NCBI GenBank assembly: GCA_027483445.1
Contig: JAIXUS010000038.1
Span: forward strand, 83,931 to 147,930
Reading direction: 5' to 3'
From: Bacteroidota bacterium
GTDB lineage: Bacteria > Bacteroidota > Bacteroidia > M30B66
Length of the DNA stretch: 64,000 bases
The position numbers and the translations under genes are program-made. Positions 49,465 through 59,122 of the stretch are shown here, piece after piece. Numbering within the stretch: the first letter of the stretch is position 1; each line of letters starts with the position of its first letter. The notes beneath the pieces were generated by a model. That model made no database searches and had not been told where the DNA came from. It worked only from the letters and a program-made list of their open reading frames with translations.

Positions 49465-50372
49465 CCTTTGCGCCGGTAGCTGGTAAGGTACACACCGGTA
49501 AAAACCAGCAAGGCCGAAATCAACATGCGCAGGTTTAAGCTGTCTTTGCCGAGCAATAACGCAAACAACGAAGCCAGCAAGGGCTGTAAATACACATATA
49601 CACTCACAACTGAGGCACTCACCGTAGCCAGGGCATAGGCGTTAAGCAAATAGGCTAAAAACGTGGTTCCCAGCACAATAAATACAAGTATACCAATAAT
49701 GCCCGGAGGCAGATCAAGCCAGGGTGTTTCTAAAAAAGAACGGGCTCCAAAAGGCAGCACCATCAGTAATCCCGGCAAAAAAACCCAGGTCATCACCGTC
49801 ATCAACTGGTACTCCCGCATAAGCCGCTTTACCAGCACCAAATACAAGGCGTAGGAAGCTGCATTTAAAAAAATCAGTACGTTACCCAGCAATTCATCGC
49901 TTCCTTCAGGTTGACTGGGACGCTGCAAAATCAGCAGCAAAGCACCGGCAATTCCCAATGCAATGCCTGTAATTCTCAGTCGGGTAATGCGCTCTCCGGC
50001 CAGCACAGCCGCGGCAATCATCACCAAAATCGGGTTGGCCGTAAGAATAATCGCCGCCTGAATTGGAGTGGTCAAATTCAAGCCCTCAAAAAACATAAGC
50101 TGGTTGGCCATCACACCGGTGAGCGCACAAAGCAAAAACCGCCCAACATCCTTACGCTTAGGCAGTTCCGGACGCAGGAGCCAAAACGCGCCAAACAGCA
50201 ACACCGATCCGGCCACACGAAGAATAATAATTCCGCTGGGAGCCGCATAAACAGGCATAACCTCTTTCGCCAAAGAGTAGTTCGCTCCATAAATGAGGTT
50301 TGCCCCCAACAAAGCCATGTGAGCCTTCCACGCCGATTTCATGCGCAGCGAAGGTACACGAACATGCGACAT
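49461..50372 (-). CDS. EamA/DMT-superfamily transporter
   Basis: It has ten predicted TM helices and duplicated EamA halves. Confidence 0.8.
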   Translation of the reverse strand: MSHVRVPSLRMKSAWKAHMALLGANLIYGANYSLAKEVMPVYAAPSGIIILRVAGSVLLFGAFWLLRPELPKRKDVGRFLLCALTGVMANQLMFFEGLNLTTPIQAAIILTANPILVMIAAAVLAGERITRLRITGIALGIAGALLLILQRPSQPEGSDELLGNVLIFLNAASYALYLVLVKRLMREYQLMTVMTWVFLPGLLMVLPFGARSFLETPWLDLPPGIIGILVFIVLGTTFLAYLLNAYALATVSASVVSVYVYLQPLLASLFALLLGKDSLNLRMLISALLVFTGVYLTSYRRKG

Positions 50373-50430
50373 TCCCGAAAAACCCGGTCACCAAGCCATT
50401 TTCTACACACAACCCAATGGAGGTTTTTAG

Positions 50431-50622
50431 GGCGCCTGCCTCGCTATTCCTTGCGTTACGCCTAAGCAGCATCGCCGGGCACCGCGTGTTACGCTCATAC
50501 TCCTCAAAACAGAGCCGCATCGCCTACTTTTCCATTCACGCTCACCTACACATACACTTCTATTTCGCTCCCACTCCCACACTCACTCTGTTTTGCGGGG
50601 TATCCGCTTCACCCGCTGGCGC
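50431..50622 (+). repeat. Intergenic mosaic element, module A copy 2
   Basis: It has the conserved blocks shared with 18900..19044 and an inserted AAAACAGAG…CTCTGTTTT hairpin. Confidence 0.55.
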
Positions 50623-50652
50623 ATTCACAATCAGGCTTCTACAGTTAAGCCC

Positions 50653-51573
50653 TCACCAAATAAATCCAATGCTGAGCTGGAACCCAGGCTCGGGCTGAGG
50701 CATCACCTCCGCCTGATTTCTTGGTAAAAAGTACGATACCTGACAACCGGCCATCCAGCCCTTTCCAAAACAATCGAGGCCAATGCTCGTTTGCCCGCCT
50801 GAACTGCCAGAATCGGGACGTTCCAGGTCAAACTGGCGATCGGCGCCCGAAACATCATAACGCGCTCCAATATGAGGCAAGGCCAACACATTCCGAAACC
50901 AATGACGCCTTAAGAAAAGCTGCGCAGAAACACCGGCTGTGTGCCCGCGTTGAAATAAATCCTCGTTGGTCGAAAACGTGCGGACATCCGCCTGCAAGGC
51001 TAAACCGGCTTTGCGGCTCTGAACCAAATAAACCGCATTAAGCATTCCCGACCAGGCACCTGTTCCGGCTTGAATTCCAATGGGCAACAAAGTGAGCTGC
51101 TCGTCGCGTTGACGGTATTTTCCGGTTGGCAAACTCAAGCCTCCGCCCACTTGTAGCACTTGCTTAAACCGCTTAATGCCCGTATCGGGCTTAATTACTG
51201 TATACAGCGCGCGTAGCTGCATATCGCCAATTCCACGCACGGTGGTAATCCTCTCCGATTCTACCCGATTCACCACCCGATAGGGTAAATGAAACCACAA
51301 CTGCAGTCGCGATTTGGGGAACCACCGAAAAAACACATCACTCTCGTAGTAATGGTCCTGGTAAACCTCACTCAAACCATTAAAATTTCCTTTTGGATGG
51401 ATAAATCGTTGTGCTGTTTGACGAATGCCCAACATATTGGTCTGCACCTGCGGAAACAAGCCTCCGGCCGAAAGCGCGGCTCCACATCCACAAATATCAC
51501 AGGCTTTAGCCCGAACGCCCGCCAATAACAAAACAAGCAATACAACCTTGAAACGAAGAGTTTTCATAAGCAT
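50653..51573 (-). CDS. Putative outer-membrane beta-barrel protein with N-terminal Cys cluster (ACDICGCG)
   Basis: It has a signal peptide, alternating beta-strand pattern and a C-terminal …LSIGFIW aromatic end. Confidence 0.55.
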   Translation of the reverse strand: MLMKTLRFKVVLLVLLLAGVRAKACDICGCGAALSAGGLFPQVQTNMLGIRQTAQRFIHPKGNFNGLSEVYQDHYYESDVFFRWFPKSRLQLWFHLPYRVVNRVESERITTVRGIGDMQLRALYTVIKPDTGIKRFKQVLQVGGGLSLPTGKYRQRDEQLTLLPIGIQAGTGAWSGMLNAVYLVQSRKAGLALQADVRTFSTNEDLFQRGHTAGVSAQLFLRRHWFRNVLALPHIGARYDVSGADRQFDLERPDSGSSGGQTSIGLDCFGKGWMAGCQVSYFLPRNQAEVMPQPEPGFQLSIGFIW

Positions 51574-51630
51574 GAATACCGTTGCCCTACCCTTCGTTCG
51601 GGCAGGACAACGGATTTTTATGAAAATGAC

Positions 51631-52413
51631 TTAGTTGTGCAAGTGCTCGTACTCCACTCCTGAGGCAAAATTCTGCATCATGCCCACAGCATTGGCGCCG
51701 GGCATGTGCGTCATAGGATTCGAAGCCACCGATACACCATTGAACATAGACCTCAAATCAACCTTCATGTGAATTTGTGGAATTGCATTGGGCTTAATGC
51801 TCATAACCTCACCACTAAAGGTATGACTGAATGTTTGGTATGCACGGGTGTTGTTAGAGGTACGGAAGCCACCAAGGTGATAGGTAAATGCACCGCCCAT
51901 GCCTGTAACTTGCGGCGAAGTGCCTTCAGCCTTCAGGAAAATGTACCCCGAATTCCAGCTCCAGAACATATTGTTGGCCGGATCTAACGCGCCGGTTTGT
52001 GTTCCCGAAACGTTTCGGGTTGAGTCTACCCCCAACATAAAGCGAAAGCCTTTGTAATCGGCCACCGGAATATCGCTGATGGTTATCAATCGGCTAGTTG
52101 GAACACTCTGATCTACAAGATAATAGCTTTCCGGCACTTTGTATTCTGTGCCATCGGTTTTCACCAACACCAAGTTGCTGATATAGTACCTGAACAAGTT
52201 GAAATTCAACGTGTCGCCGCCGGCAGTTACGTATGGAGTGTTTAGGGTAAAGTTGGCGCCACCAAAAACATGCTCCATTTCAAGACGCATGCTCGATACG
52301 GTGGGTGTTGGGTCAGGTTGTGGTGTTTCTTCCTCTTCGTCTTTTTTACAAGAACTCAAAGTAACACTGCCTAAGGCAAACAATAAAAGAAAGTATTTTG
52401 AAAGTGATTTCAT
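51631..52413 (-). CDS. Hypothetical lipoprotein (260 aa)
   Basis: It has a lipobox LSSCKKDEEEE and is beta-rich. It is co-oriented with the OMP gene downstream. Confidence 0.5.
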   Translation of the reverse strand: MKSLSKYFLLLFALGSVTLSSCKKDEEEETPQPDPTPTVSSMRLEMEHVFGGANFTLNTPYVTAGGDTLNFNLFRYYISNLVLVKTDGTEYKVPESYYLVDQSVPTSRLITISDIPVADYKGFRFMLGVDSTRNVSGTQTGALDPANNMFWSWNSGYIFLKAEGTSPQVTGMGGAFTYHLGGFRTSNNTRAYQTFSHTFSGEVMSIKPNAIPQIHMKVDLRSMFNGVSVASNPMTHMPGANAVGMMQNFASGVEYEHLHN

Positions 52414-52502
52414 GGTTAAAAAAATGTGGGATTGCCCCGCAAAACGCGGGATGAAAAAAAATCGGAAACCTCAACATTGAAGCATCCAAAAACACAATGA
52501 AA

Positions 52503-52955
52503 TCAGGCTTTAGCCGGCGGCTTTACTTCCGTAGGCAAATACGGTTCGGTGAAATCCGGCGAGGGCTCACCTTTAAATGAACAGGTTGAAATCGCTGTCG
52601 AAACCAGGACATAATCTGCCGGTAGTTCGAATGGACTTTCCTTGAGTTTAAATTCGGGTAACGAGGGCGCCGACTGGGCATCGGGAGCATCCAGTTGGTT
52701 GAGCTCTGTCATCAGCGCACAGCGCCCGTTACACTCCAACTCGGGCTTATCGCGATTTTCGCACAGCACCTCTACATAGTACTGATATTGAAAAAGATAG
52801 TTAAGCATAATGCCACACCGAAGAAACAAAGGTGTAAGCAGCAAACCAACCAAAACAACAGCTACAAGGCGCATCGCGGGACAAAGGTAAAGCAATCGCA
52901 CATAAAAAAAGCGGATGCCCCGAAAGGAATCCGCCTTATCTTTTCGAAAGGGCAA
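52503..52955 (-). CDS. Small membrane/secreted Cys-motif protein (CENRDKPELECNGRC)
   Basis: It has a hydrophobic N-terminal helix. Its start lies 3 nt after the stop of the DUF2807-like gene. Confidence 0.4.
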   Translation of the reverse strand: MPFRKDKADSFRGIRFFYVRLLYLCPAMRLVAVVLVGLLLTPLFLRCGIMLNYLFQYQYYVEVLCENRDKPELECNGRCALMTELNQLDAPDAQSAPSLPEFKLKESPFELPADYVLVSTAISTCSFKGEPSPDFTEPYLPTEVKPPAKA

Positions 52956-52958
52956 GAA

Positions 52959-54401
52959 TTATCCGCCAAATCCGACTACCCGAACACCAATTGAGAAGGG
53001 AATCAGGTTAGGACCTTCATTCTTCATAAATAAATCAGTTAACGAGTAGTTGGCAAAGAGAACGAAATCGCCATACCCTAAACGAAGCGAAGCATTTACT
53101 CGAAACGGATTGATGTTAAAGTCGTTACGTGTTCGGCTTTTCGATTCGTCGCCTTCAACCTCAACCTTGCGCTTATTGTATGAAGTAAACTTCCAGGCTC
53201 CGGTAATACCGGGCGAAATAAACAGTCGCTTTCCTTTACGAATTGGATTTGTAGCAAAGGTGATATACAGAGGCGCATTAAGGTAACCGGTGGTGAGCTT
53301 TGATTTTTGATAGTTAACCGTGTCTTCAACCACCAATTGTAAAGGCTCCGAATTGGCAAGCATTCTCACATTGCGCTCAAAGCGGTAATTGTTGATTTCG
53401 GCGCCTAAGCCAGTGGTTAGAAATACGTTGTTTCCAATAATCCGGGCGTTTTTCTCCCACAAGTTAAAGTTCACCACAATCGACTTTCCGTAGTTCAACT
53501 CATAATTGGAGTTTACGCTATCCATGTTGAGGCCATTGCTGCCATTTAGCCATCCATTGATGCCCAACTCAAACCCCGACCAAATGGAGTTTGGACGCTT
53601 CTTTTTCTTTTTGGGAGAGCCATTCCAGCCATCCTCAAAACCACGCATAAATTCATCGCCAATCTCTTTGCTTGAATCGCGGCTTGCCCGATCCATGATG
53701 ATTATCTCCCGATCACCTAAATAGATTCTGGAGGATTGTCCATCGATGTCGTTCGACTTCTTCACTTCGCCGGCTCCGCTTACATTCACATCTAAAACAG
53801 TGGGCGTTCCAACATGATAAAGTGTTCCGGCACCACTTACACCACCGGTAATTTTCTGAGAAGCATTGACCTTAGCATCACCCGCACCGCTTATCGAAAT
53901 GTTAGCCTCATCTACATAAAACCGACTGGCCTTGATATCTCCTGCACCTGAAATTTTGCCTTTCAGGAATTTTCCACGACCAACCAAACGCACATCTGAA
54001 GCACCGCTCGTACTTACATCTACCGAATCGCTGACCAAAATTAGCGATGCGTTGGAGTTGCCATTCGACTTGATTTCAAATCGTCCGGCCCGCAGTGTAT
54101 CGCTCGAATAGACATCAGAAGTGCCATTCACGATAAGATTACTGAAGCCTGTTGTATTAATGTAAAATGTACCATCGGCTCCATTAATGGTTAACTCAGA
54201 ACCTAACTGCGTATAGTTTGCCTCCTGAAAGGCCTCATTGCTGGCACTAATTGAATTGTCGCTGTTCTGCTTGACAAACACCTTTACATCACCATCCACG
54301 ATAAGTGTATTAAAAGGCTGTACAACTCTGCGGGTTAATCCGTCCTGCGCAAAAACGCTGCTTGCAAACAATAGGGCGGAAGAAAGAAGGGCCGTTTTCA
54401 T
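52959..54401 (-). CDS. DUF2807/DUF4097-like 'putative adhesin head' beta-helix protein with C-terminal beta-barrel-like region
   Basis: It has a signal peptide and the repeated …SGAGD(I/A)K… / VxVSGAGEV beta-helical rungs characteristic of DUF2807. The C-terminus ends …VVGFGG. Confidence 0.6.
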   Translation of the reverse strand: MKTALLSSALLFASSVFAQDGLTRRVVQPFNTLIVDGDVKVFVKQNSDNSISASNEAFQEANYTQLGSELTINGADGTFYINTTGFSNLIVNGTSDVYSSDTLRAGRFEIKSNGNSNASLILVSDSVDVSTSGASDVRLVGRGKFLKGKISGAGDIKASRFYVDEANISISGAGDAKVNASQKITGGVSGAGTLYHVGTPTVLDVNVSGAGEVKKSNDIDGQSSRIYLGDREIIIMDRASRDSSKEIGDEFMRGFEDGWNGSPKKKKKRPNSIWSGFELGINGWLNGSNGLNMDSVNSNYELNYGKSIVVNFNLWEKNARIIGNNVFLTTGLGAEINNYRFERNVRMLANSEPLQLVVEDTVNYQKSKLTTGYLNAPLYITFATNPIRKGKRLFISPGITGAWKFTSYNKRKVEVEGDESKSRTRNDFNINPFRVNASLRLGYGDFVLFANYSLTDLFMKNEGPNLIPFSIGVRVVGFGG

Positions 54402-54471
54402 GATTTAGTTTTTTGGGGGATTCGGCAGGTAAAAGCAAGTACTAAATGAATTGTTACAAAAAAGATGATTT

Positions 54472-55737
54472 TTATCGCGAAGGCCTTGTGTAGCTAAGGC
54501 TTCCGATTGAAAACCCGGTTACACGACGGCTTCCGTTTTCGTTTTCACGATTCACCTTGATAAAGCCGCGAGAAACTTTTTCAAGTCCTTGGTACGAAAG
54601 CTCATCAATTCCTTGCTGACCAATTCGTTCTATTGGCTCTTCGATGTCAATATTGTTTCGCTTCAACAGCTTGCGTAAAGCCTTAAGACTGCGTTGGGAG
54701 CGACTTAATTCGCTTGAGGCTGTGGCCGTAGCATCGATGAGGTCTTGTTCGAAACGGAGCCGTTCAAGCGGACTAATGGTCATGTATTCGGTGTTCAATG
54801 CAAAAGGCTCGCTTACCTCAACGCGCAGGTTGGGCAGATTCTCAACCTGAGCTACCAATCGCTCCGGTGCCGAAGGCTGAAGTGGTTGCCAACGTGGAAC
54901 GTCGTTCTGAGATTCCTGCTGCTTAGGTGTTTGGGGATTTACCTGATCTAGCGAATCATTGGCGCCTGCCTTGGCTTTGCGCACAGGCTCAGGGTCTACA
55001 ACCGAATTCCGCACCGACAAAGCCAGCTCATTTTCGCGGCTGCTTTGGTTTAAGGCAAAAAATCCGACAGAGAGAATAAGTACCGCAGCGGCGGCATAGC
55101 GCGCAAACAGTGGAATGATGCTTCCACGGGAAGCTGCCGATTTGTACAACTTCGACTTTATGGGAAACGCAATCGCCTCGGGCGAAACACGTGTTTGCAG
55201 CATCAACGAACGCTCGCGGTGCAGCTCAGGCCACACTAGTGTTAGCGCATCCATTCGCGCGCGCTCTTCCGGCGTAAGTGTACCCTCTACTTCGGCCACC
55301 AAAACGGTATTCCACCAGTGCTGAAATTCCTCAGCCTTCTGTAAGTTCAACTTATTGGGGAGTATCTGATCGACGTCTACCGCCAGTTTTGTTTTCAGAA
55401 ACGCCGCTTTATGCCGGGCCAAACTGGGTTCTAAGGCGATGATACGCTCAATCTCCGCTTCTGTGTGGGCATTCGACTTGCCTTCGATCAACGCGAAAAG
55501 ATGTTCATCCAATTCTGCACTTAGTGTTTCAACGGTCTTGCTCAGGTGCGAAAAAGCAACCGGACTCATAGATTCGTCTGGAGGTAATTGTACATCAGTA
55601 ATACCCTCCAGATCAACAGCCAGTTCGGGGTGCTGAGCCAAAAACAACATCAACTCTGCACTCAGCTCTGCACTCAGCTGCCCTTCGGCATAGTCGAGAA
55701 GATACGCCTCATAGTTTTCTAGGGTAATTTGACTCAT
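54472..55737 (-). CDS. Putative anti-sigma factor (single-pass membrane protein)
   Basis: It overlaps the ECF sigma gene by 4 nt. It has an N-terminal cytoplasmic helical domain, a TM helix (AAAVLILSVGFFAL) and a periplasmic Glu/Gln/Pro-rich domain. Confidence 0.6.
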   Translation of the reverse strand: MSQITLENYEAYLLDYAEGQLSAELSAELMLFLAQHPELAVDLEGITDVQLPPDESMSPVAFSHLSKTVETLSAELDEHLFALIEGKSNAHTEAEIERIIALEPSLARHKAAFLKTKLAVDVDQILPNKLNLQKAEEFQHWWNTVLVAEVEGTLTPEERARMDALTLVWPELHRERSLMLQTRVSPEAIAFPIKSKLYKSAASRGSIIPLFARYAAAAVLILSVGFFALNQSSRENELALSVRNSVVDPEPVRKAKAGANDSLDQVNPQTPKQQESQNDVPRWQPLQPSAPERLVAQVENLPNLRVEVSEPFALNTEYMTISPLERLRFEQDLIDATATASSELSRSQRSLKALRKLLKRNNIDIEEPIERIGQQGIDELSYQGLEKVSRGFIKVNRENENGSRRVTGFSIGSLSYTRPSR

Positions 55738-56222
55738 ACAACCAAATCGGTAGATACCAGATAGTTTTTTAATGTAACGCGTGCCCTGAAAATGTACACT
55801 TTAACCTGACTTTCATTCAAGCCGGTAATTTGTCCGATTTCTTCATAGCTGTAGCCCTCATAATCGCGAAGCATAATTACCGAGCGCTGTATTTCCGGCA
55901 AGCGGGATAGCGCCTCGTTGAGCACCTTTTTCAAATCGAATTCAGGCTTTACTTCGGCACCACTTACCACGCGAAGGGTATTGTCGATGTCGGTATGGCG
56001 GCTTTTCTTTCGAATCCGCTCCAACATCAGTCGGTAAGCCGTAGTGAAAAGGTATGATTTAGCCTTCTCAAACTGAATTTCGGCGGCTTTTATCCACACT
56101 TTTTCAAAGGCATCCTGAACAACATCGCGGGCATCGTCTTCATCGCGCATATTTTTCACAATGAAACGATACACATTGTCCGAATAACGGTCAACACATT
56201 GGTTATACTCTGCTAAGGTCAC
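55734..56222 (-). CDS. ECF-family RNA polymerase sigma factor (sigma-24 type)
   Basis: Region 2 is DDARDVVQDAFEKVW and region 4 is SVIMLRDYEGYSYEEIGQITGLNESQVKVYIFRAR. Confidence 0.85.
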   Translation of the reverse strand: MTLAEYNQCVDRYSDNVYRFIVKNMRDEDDARDVVQDAFEKVWIKAAEIQFEKAKSYLFTTAYRLMLERIRKKSRHTDIDNTLRVVSGAEVKPEFDLKKVLNEALSRLPEIQRSVIMLRDYEGYSYEEIGQITGLNESQVKVYIFRARVTLKNYLVSTDLVV

Positions 56223-56320
56223 ACGCAGGAGGTTTACGGGCCCTAAGAGCCCTTTGCAAAAACAAAGTTACAGCATGTGCACACAAAATTTTCAACTTAC
56301 TAAAAATGAACACATTAAAT

Positions 56321-57481
56321 TCAACAAACACTTATATTTCTCCGATTCAGTCGGATGCGTTTAGGCTCGGAATGACCGCCGGAAATACAAAGCGGCTCAG
56401 CGATGTCGGAGCCAAAGTTGAGCTGGAGTTTCTTTTTAATTCTCGAAATCTTTTCGCTCGCCGAGTTGGAATTCGGATTCACCAAATCCTGAATTCGCGC
56501 CCTTGCAGCTTCTAATCCGCCAGATACCTTCATGTTGAGATAATCGGCCAAAATTGCCTCAGTATGATCCTGCAAGTAGTTTAGCTTAACACCTTCAGGG
56601 TGACGGAGAAAAAACTGATACAACACAAACTCGAGGGGGTTCAACACAACAGGAACGGGCCCCAGCTCCGGAATGCTCAAAGAACGACGGCTAACATCTA
56701 CTACTAAGTGAGGTTCTGATCGGGTGAGGAAATAGCGTTCCCGAAAAAGCAAATGCCCACGAATACTTTCCATGATTCGAAAGGCTTGTAAACACAAGGC
56801 CCCGGAAACGCCTTTGGCATGGATGCGCTGTTGGCAATCGCGACAAACATCGGCTGTGCGCATCTTTATGCTTACGTCTTTTCGCTGCGTGCCCCGATCC
56901 ATTAGGCAACCTATCGGTCTAAGGTGACTGGCCGCTTCGGCTTCCTCTCTGGAATCGAACATGTATTGCTTCAATACGGCCGTTACCAACTGGTAAACAA
57001 TGGGATAAACATGATCAGTGAACGACAAAGCCTGCCATTCACTCGTTGAAATGAAGTAATTGTAATCATGCTCCAAATCAATCATTGTGTGGAAGTGCTG
57101 ATCATTGGGCTTGCCGCTGAGTAAAAAGAGATGGTCATCCGGCTTTAGCCGAAATGCAACACGACACTCTCGAAAAGCCTCATCAACAGATGTTGCATTC
57201 TCACTTGCTGATGGCTCATTTGACCATGGCTCTTCATTGAACGGCTGAAAAAACACCGAGGTCTTCCGAAGACGCCCCGAAAAGTCATCTGCGCGTTGCG
57301 CGACACGCTTATTGGAAAGAGTCAGAGGTAAAAAACGGCCAAATTGAGGTTTAAAAGCAAGCTCTTCGAATTGCATTATGCCGGGAAACTGCCTGAGATA
57401 ATGCATAACCCCACGAAGTGTGCTTTCATCAACATCTACAGAGCGAAACACATACACCTTAATTGGGCCTTCAGAATGCAT
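56321..57481 (-). CDS. Hypothetical 386-aa protein, no recognisable domain; contains a CRDCQQ…C motif
   Basis: It is a long clean ORF. Its start lies 9 nt after the vWA gene stop. Confidence 0.5.
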   Translation of the reverse strand: MHSEGPIKVYVFRSVDVDESTLRGVMHYLRQFPGIMQFEELAFKPQFGRFLPLTLSNKRVAQRADDFSGRLRKTSVFFQPFNEEPWSNEPSASENATSVDEAFRECRVAFRLKPDDHLFLLSGKPNDQHFHTMIDLEHDYNYFISTSEWQALSFTDHVYPIVYQLVTAVLKQYMFDSREEAEAASHLRPIGCLMDRGTQRKDVSIKMRTADVCRDCQQRIHAKGVSGALCLQAFRIMESIRGHLLFRERYFLTRSEPHLVVDVSRRSLSIPELGPVPVVLNPLEFVLYQFFLRHPEGVKLNYLQDHTEAILADYLNMKVSGGLEAARARIQDLVNPNSNSASEKISRIKKKLQLNFGSDIAEPLCISGGHSEPKRIRLNRRNISVC

Positions 57482-57490
57482 TGGCAGCGG

Positions 57491-58165
57491 TTAAAAATCA
57501 AATGTACTGAAATCGCGATCACCGGTTTCTGACACCTTTTTGAAAAACAGGGTATACTGGTTATTCACCACACGGATATCATCTTGTATGCACTCTTTGG
57601 AAAAAACCGTGGTATTCTTCCGGTCGAGATTGAGTGCTTCGCCCAAATGACTGAAAATGTCAAAGTCGGCACCAATAAAGCTGAACGACCAATGCCCGGA
57701 AGCCTTGAGTTCTTCCATCAGGGCGCGAATCTGGTCGGCATTAAAATGACGTGAGGCGTTCTCCATACCGTCGGTAAGCACGGTAACCAAAGCGGCATCA
57801 CCAGCATGCATAGCGCCTTTGAGCTGCTGAATCGAAAATCCAAGGGCGTCAAACATTGCAGTGTTTCCTTCGGGAAACAGATGATTCACTGGGAAGCGCT
57901 GAGCTATACCGGCGATTTGCTGCCAGGCTAAAACTTCAGTCCGGTCGTTGAAAACAATCAGATTTATTTTCACCCGGCAATTGGGGTTTTCTGATACGGC
58001 CTTTCCAATGGTATCCAATTGGGTGTCGAGCGCTTGTAAGGTTGCCGTCCAGCAGCTTTGCATGCTCCCGCTGCAATCCAGCAAAAGCAGATAATGAGTT
58101 GTCGTTTCCATAAGGAGCGTAAATTGAGTTTCTGCAAACCTCCTTAAGGCGCCCGCCTTTAACAA
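57491..58165 (-). CDS. TerY-like von Willebrand factor A (vWA) domain protein (track start is TTG; the internal METTTHY… is also possible)
   Basis: The MIDAS motif is YLLLLDCSGSM (DxSxS). The protein also has T and D (…VLTDGMEN…) and is TerY-sized (about 210 aa). Confidence 0.75.
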   Translation of the reverse strand: MLKAGALRRFAETQFTLLMETTTHYLLLLDCSGSMQSCWTATLQALDTQLDTIGKAVSENPNCRVKINLIVFNDRTEVLAWQQIAGIAQRFPVNHLFPEGNTAMFDALGFSIQQLKGAMHAGDAALVTVLTDGMENASRHFNADQIRALMEELKASGHWSFSFIGADFDIFSHLGEALNLDRKNTTVFSKECIQDDIRVVNNQYTLFFKKVSETGDRDFSTFDF

Positions 58166-58237
58166 GCATTACAAGCTTGTAAAATAAAAAACGCAGCCCG
58201 GTTGTGACTGCGTTGGAAATTTACACTGAAAGCGGAA

Positions 58238-58459
58238 TCAGTATTCGTCTTCGTTGAAGAAGAAATCGTCCTTGGTTGGATAGTCAGGCCAAATCTCGTC
58301 GATGCTCTCATAGGTTTCTCCTTCATCTTCAATCTCTTGAAGGTTTTCAATGACTTCCAATGGAGCACCAGAGCGGATTGCGAAATCAATCAGCTCATCC
58401 TTGGTGGCCGGCCAGGGCGCATCTTCAAGGTAGGATGCCAGTTCTAATGTCCAGTACAT
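58238..58459 (-). CDS. Small acidic protein (73 aa), DUF2795-like
   Basis: MYWTLELASYLEDAPWPATKDELIDFA… is a conserved small-protein pattern with an acidic C-terminal tail. Confidence 0.5.
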   Translation of the reverse strand: MYWTLELASYLEDAPWPATKDELIDFAIRSGAPLEVIENLQEIEDEGETYESIDEIWPDYPTKDDFFFNEDEY

Positions 58460-58567
58460 AGCCTTACTTTTTGAATTAACGTACTAAGTTGAATGGGGTT
58501 TTGAGTACCATTCATTTTTCCGCAAAAATAGAAAAGCCCCGATAGGAATTACCGAGTTCATATTTTT

Positions 58568-59122
58568 TTAACCTCTTGGTTTCCAGGGTTTCTCATGAGC
58601 GTGGAAATCCTGACTCAATTTCCGCGACAAAACGAAGAGATAATCCGACAGGCGATTCAAATAAATAACAATCAAAGGGTTCACCTCACTCTCTTCGCTC
58701 AGATGAACCGATAACCTCTCCGCTCTGCGGCATACGCAACGGGCAACATGACAGACCGACACGGTCGGATGACCACCCGGAAGCACAAAGTTTTTCATTT
58801 CCGGGAGCACGGCATTCATCTCATCCATGCGCCGCTCTAAGAAGTCCACCTCGTTTGAATCGAGATCGGGGAGCCATACATTCGCTTTACCGGGCTCAGC
58901 GGCAAGGTGCGAGCCTAAAGTAAACAGGATCTCTTGAATATGAATGAGCTCATTTTGTAAATCAGGAGAGGATTCGAGATGGTCGCGCAGTAAACCCAAA
59001 TGAGCGTTAAGCTCGTCAACGGTTCCATAGCTCTCAATTCTCAAATGGTGCTTAGGTACGCGCGCACCTCCGAGCAAAGAGGTTTGCCCGGTGTCGCCGG
59101 TTCGAGTATAAATTTTCATCAT
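58568..59122 (-). CDS. PduO-type ATP:cob(I)alamin adenosyltransferase
   Basis: It has [15 protein letters not shown] at the N-terminus and is an approximately 180-aa helical-bundle protein. Confidence 0.85.
   Translation of the reverse strand: MMKIYTRTGDTGQTSLLGGARVPKHHLRIESYGTVDELNAHLGLLRDHLESSPDLQNELIHIQEILFTLGSHLAAEPGKANVWLPDLDSNEVDFLERRMDEMNAVLPEMKNFVLPGGHPTVSVCHVARCVCRRAERLSVHLSEESEVNPLIVIYLNRLSDYLFVLSRKLSQDFHAHEKPWKPRG

Noticed and set aside
51631-52413. Calling the 260-aa lipoprotein an MbnP-like copper-binding protein
   Set aside because: The resemblance is from memory only. No partner MbnH-like di-haem peroxidase (CxxCH) gene is adjacent, so the call stays generic.
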